A stretch of 21,496 nt of DNA, taken from IMG/VR virus record IMGVR_UViG_3300027673_000002, positions 62,001 through 83,496 of that record. One strand, written 5' to 3'. The translations under genes were made by a program, and so were the position numbers. The notes beneath the pieces are model-generated. The model was given only the letters and a program-made list of their open reading frames with translations, did not search any database and was not told the origin of the DNA. Source of the DNA: an uncultured virus (IMG/VR IMGVR_UViG_3300027673_000002) (taxonomy: Duplodnaviria; Heunggongvirae; Uroviricota; Caudoviricetes). Shown piece by piece: positions 20,504 to 21,496 of this stretch (position 1 is its first letter; the number at the start of each line of letters is the position of its first letter).

Positions 20504-21441
20504 TGGCATTAGGTGGAAACGTATTGCGACAGCACGTTGTCGAGTTCATTCGGGGCACTGGCATCGTGACCGATGGCGTGGTGGATGCGACCAGCCTGAA
20601 CGGACCTTGGTCTTGGCAGGTGCCGGATGGGGTTGTAGACGTGTTCTTGGATGGTTGCGGCCCCGGCGCTGGTGGTGGTGGTGGATGGAATACTGGTATT
20701 TCTTTATCTGGGGCAGGTGGCGGTGGTAGCGGTCAGGTGGTACAGGGTCTAAGAATGACCGTATTACCTAACTCTATTTTAGCAGTTACGGTTGCTCCCG
20801 GTGGGTTAGGTGGAGCAGCCGGTGTTGTACCAGCCGATCCCGGCAATGTGGTTATATCTGGTTTTCTACCGGGCACACCTTTGGCTGGTATGAATGAATC
20901 ACCTAATTTAAGTACTCTTTTTTTAAGAGGTGGAAGTGCAGGTATTACTAGTTCTTCTTCAGGTGGTGAAGGGGGTAAAGCGGGTTCTGGTAGGTTTGAC
21001 TTTGGTATGGAATCAGCCAAATTAGGTCCAGCAAATGCCGCAACTGCTGATAATGGAGCAAGTACAGGTAACGTTGCTTCTTTTACTATGGGGCAATCTT
21101 TTACGTATGGTCACGGTGCTGCTGCTGGAGGTAATGCTTCAACAACAGGTTCAGTAGCTGGTGGTCGAGGCGGCGCATTAGAGTTCAGAGGTTCATTATT
21201 TTGGACGAGTGGTATTGCATCAACTAGATCGTTAGGTGATACAACAGGTACAGTTTCTCGTGGTGGTGGTGGTGACGGAGGTAGTACTTATTTTGGACTT
21301 GGTGGTAAAGGCGGCAACGGTGGCGCACCCGGAGGTAACGCAACCGGCTACGGTGCAGGCGGCGGCGGGGGTGGTGGTGGTGCAGCAGGCGGTAACGGCT
21401 CAGATGGCTACGTCCGCTTCATATACTGGAGCATGGACTGA
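20503..21441 (+). CDS. Glycine-rich fibre/adhesin protein
   Basis: WQVPDGV...GAGGGGG...GGGGSG...GGNGSDGYVRFIYW glycine-rich domain. Confidence 0.85.
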   Translation: MALGGNVLRQHVVEFIRGTGIVTDGVVDATSLNGPWSWQVPDGVVDVFLDGCGPGAGGGGGWNTGISLSGAGGGGSGQVVQGLRMTVLPNSILAVTVAPGGLGGAAGVVPADPGNVVISGFLPGTPLAGMNESPNLSTLFLRGGSAGITSSSSGGEGGKAGSGRFDFGMESAKLGPANAATADNGASTGNVASFTMGQSFTYGHGAAAGGNASTTGSVAGGRGGALEFRGSLFWTSGIASTRSLGDTTGTVSRGGGGDGGSTYFGLGGKGGNGGAPGGNATGYGAGGGGGGGGAAGGNGSDGYVRFIYWSMD

Positions 21442-21496
21442 TGGCACTAATACAAACATACGCCGGTGAGGCACTCGTGGGTTCAACCGAACTGGA
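21441..21496 (+). CDS. 5' end of next structural ORF (truncated)
   Basis: TGATG overlap; MALIQTYAGEALVGSTEL is open to the window end. Confidence 0.6.
   Translation, partial: MALIQTYAGEALVGSTEL

Overview
Segment of a large lytic tailed-phage genome, most likely a myovirus with rV5/ICP1-like terminase and portal. A proteobacterial host is inferred from sigma70, sigma54, Fur and DnaA motifs. From left to right: (1) 1-2951, small early/middle genes, with four repeated TATACT promoter + ACAGGAG RBS cassettes and one ORF with a ribosomal L7/L12-CTD-like motif. (2) 2952-4043, a 1.1 kb non-coding region packed with repeats and host-protein binding motifs: four DnaA boxes in exact dyad symmetry around a 14-bp palindrome, a sigma54 -24/-12 motif, a 7-1-7 Fur box, LysR/OxyR-type boxes and a gyrase-site-like element. 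(3) 4044-6361, a self-contained putative pre-early/host-takeover operon with two covarying RNase III-like hairpins, a Cys-rich GP88-like gene and an 18-aa hydrophobic peptide. (4) A second non-coding region, a minus-strand operon (hypothetical-phoH-clpP-like), an AT-rich origin-like stretch and a degenerate HNH/AP2-like gene. (5) A structured leader, a Zn-ribbon ORF and six tRNAs (Thr, Met, Ala, Glu, Pro, Leu). (6) A GC-rich adapter + LamG/SGNH-esterase spike module. (7) A structured leader, terS, terL and portal, then a separately promoted cassette of fibre/decoration genes running off the window. The most striking feature is the array of host-factor binding sites just upstream of the putative first-expressed operon. 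All family assignments are from motif recognition by eye, not from database searches.
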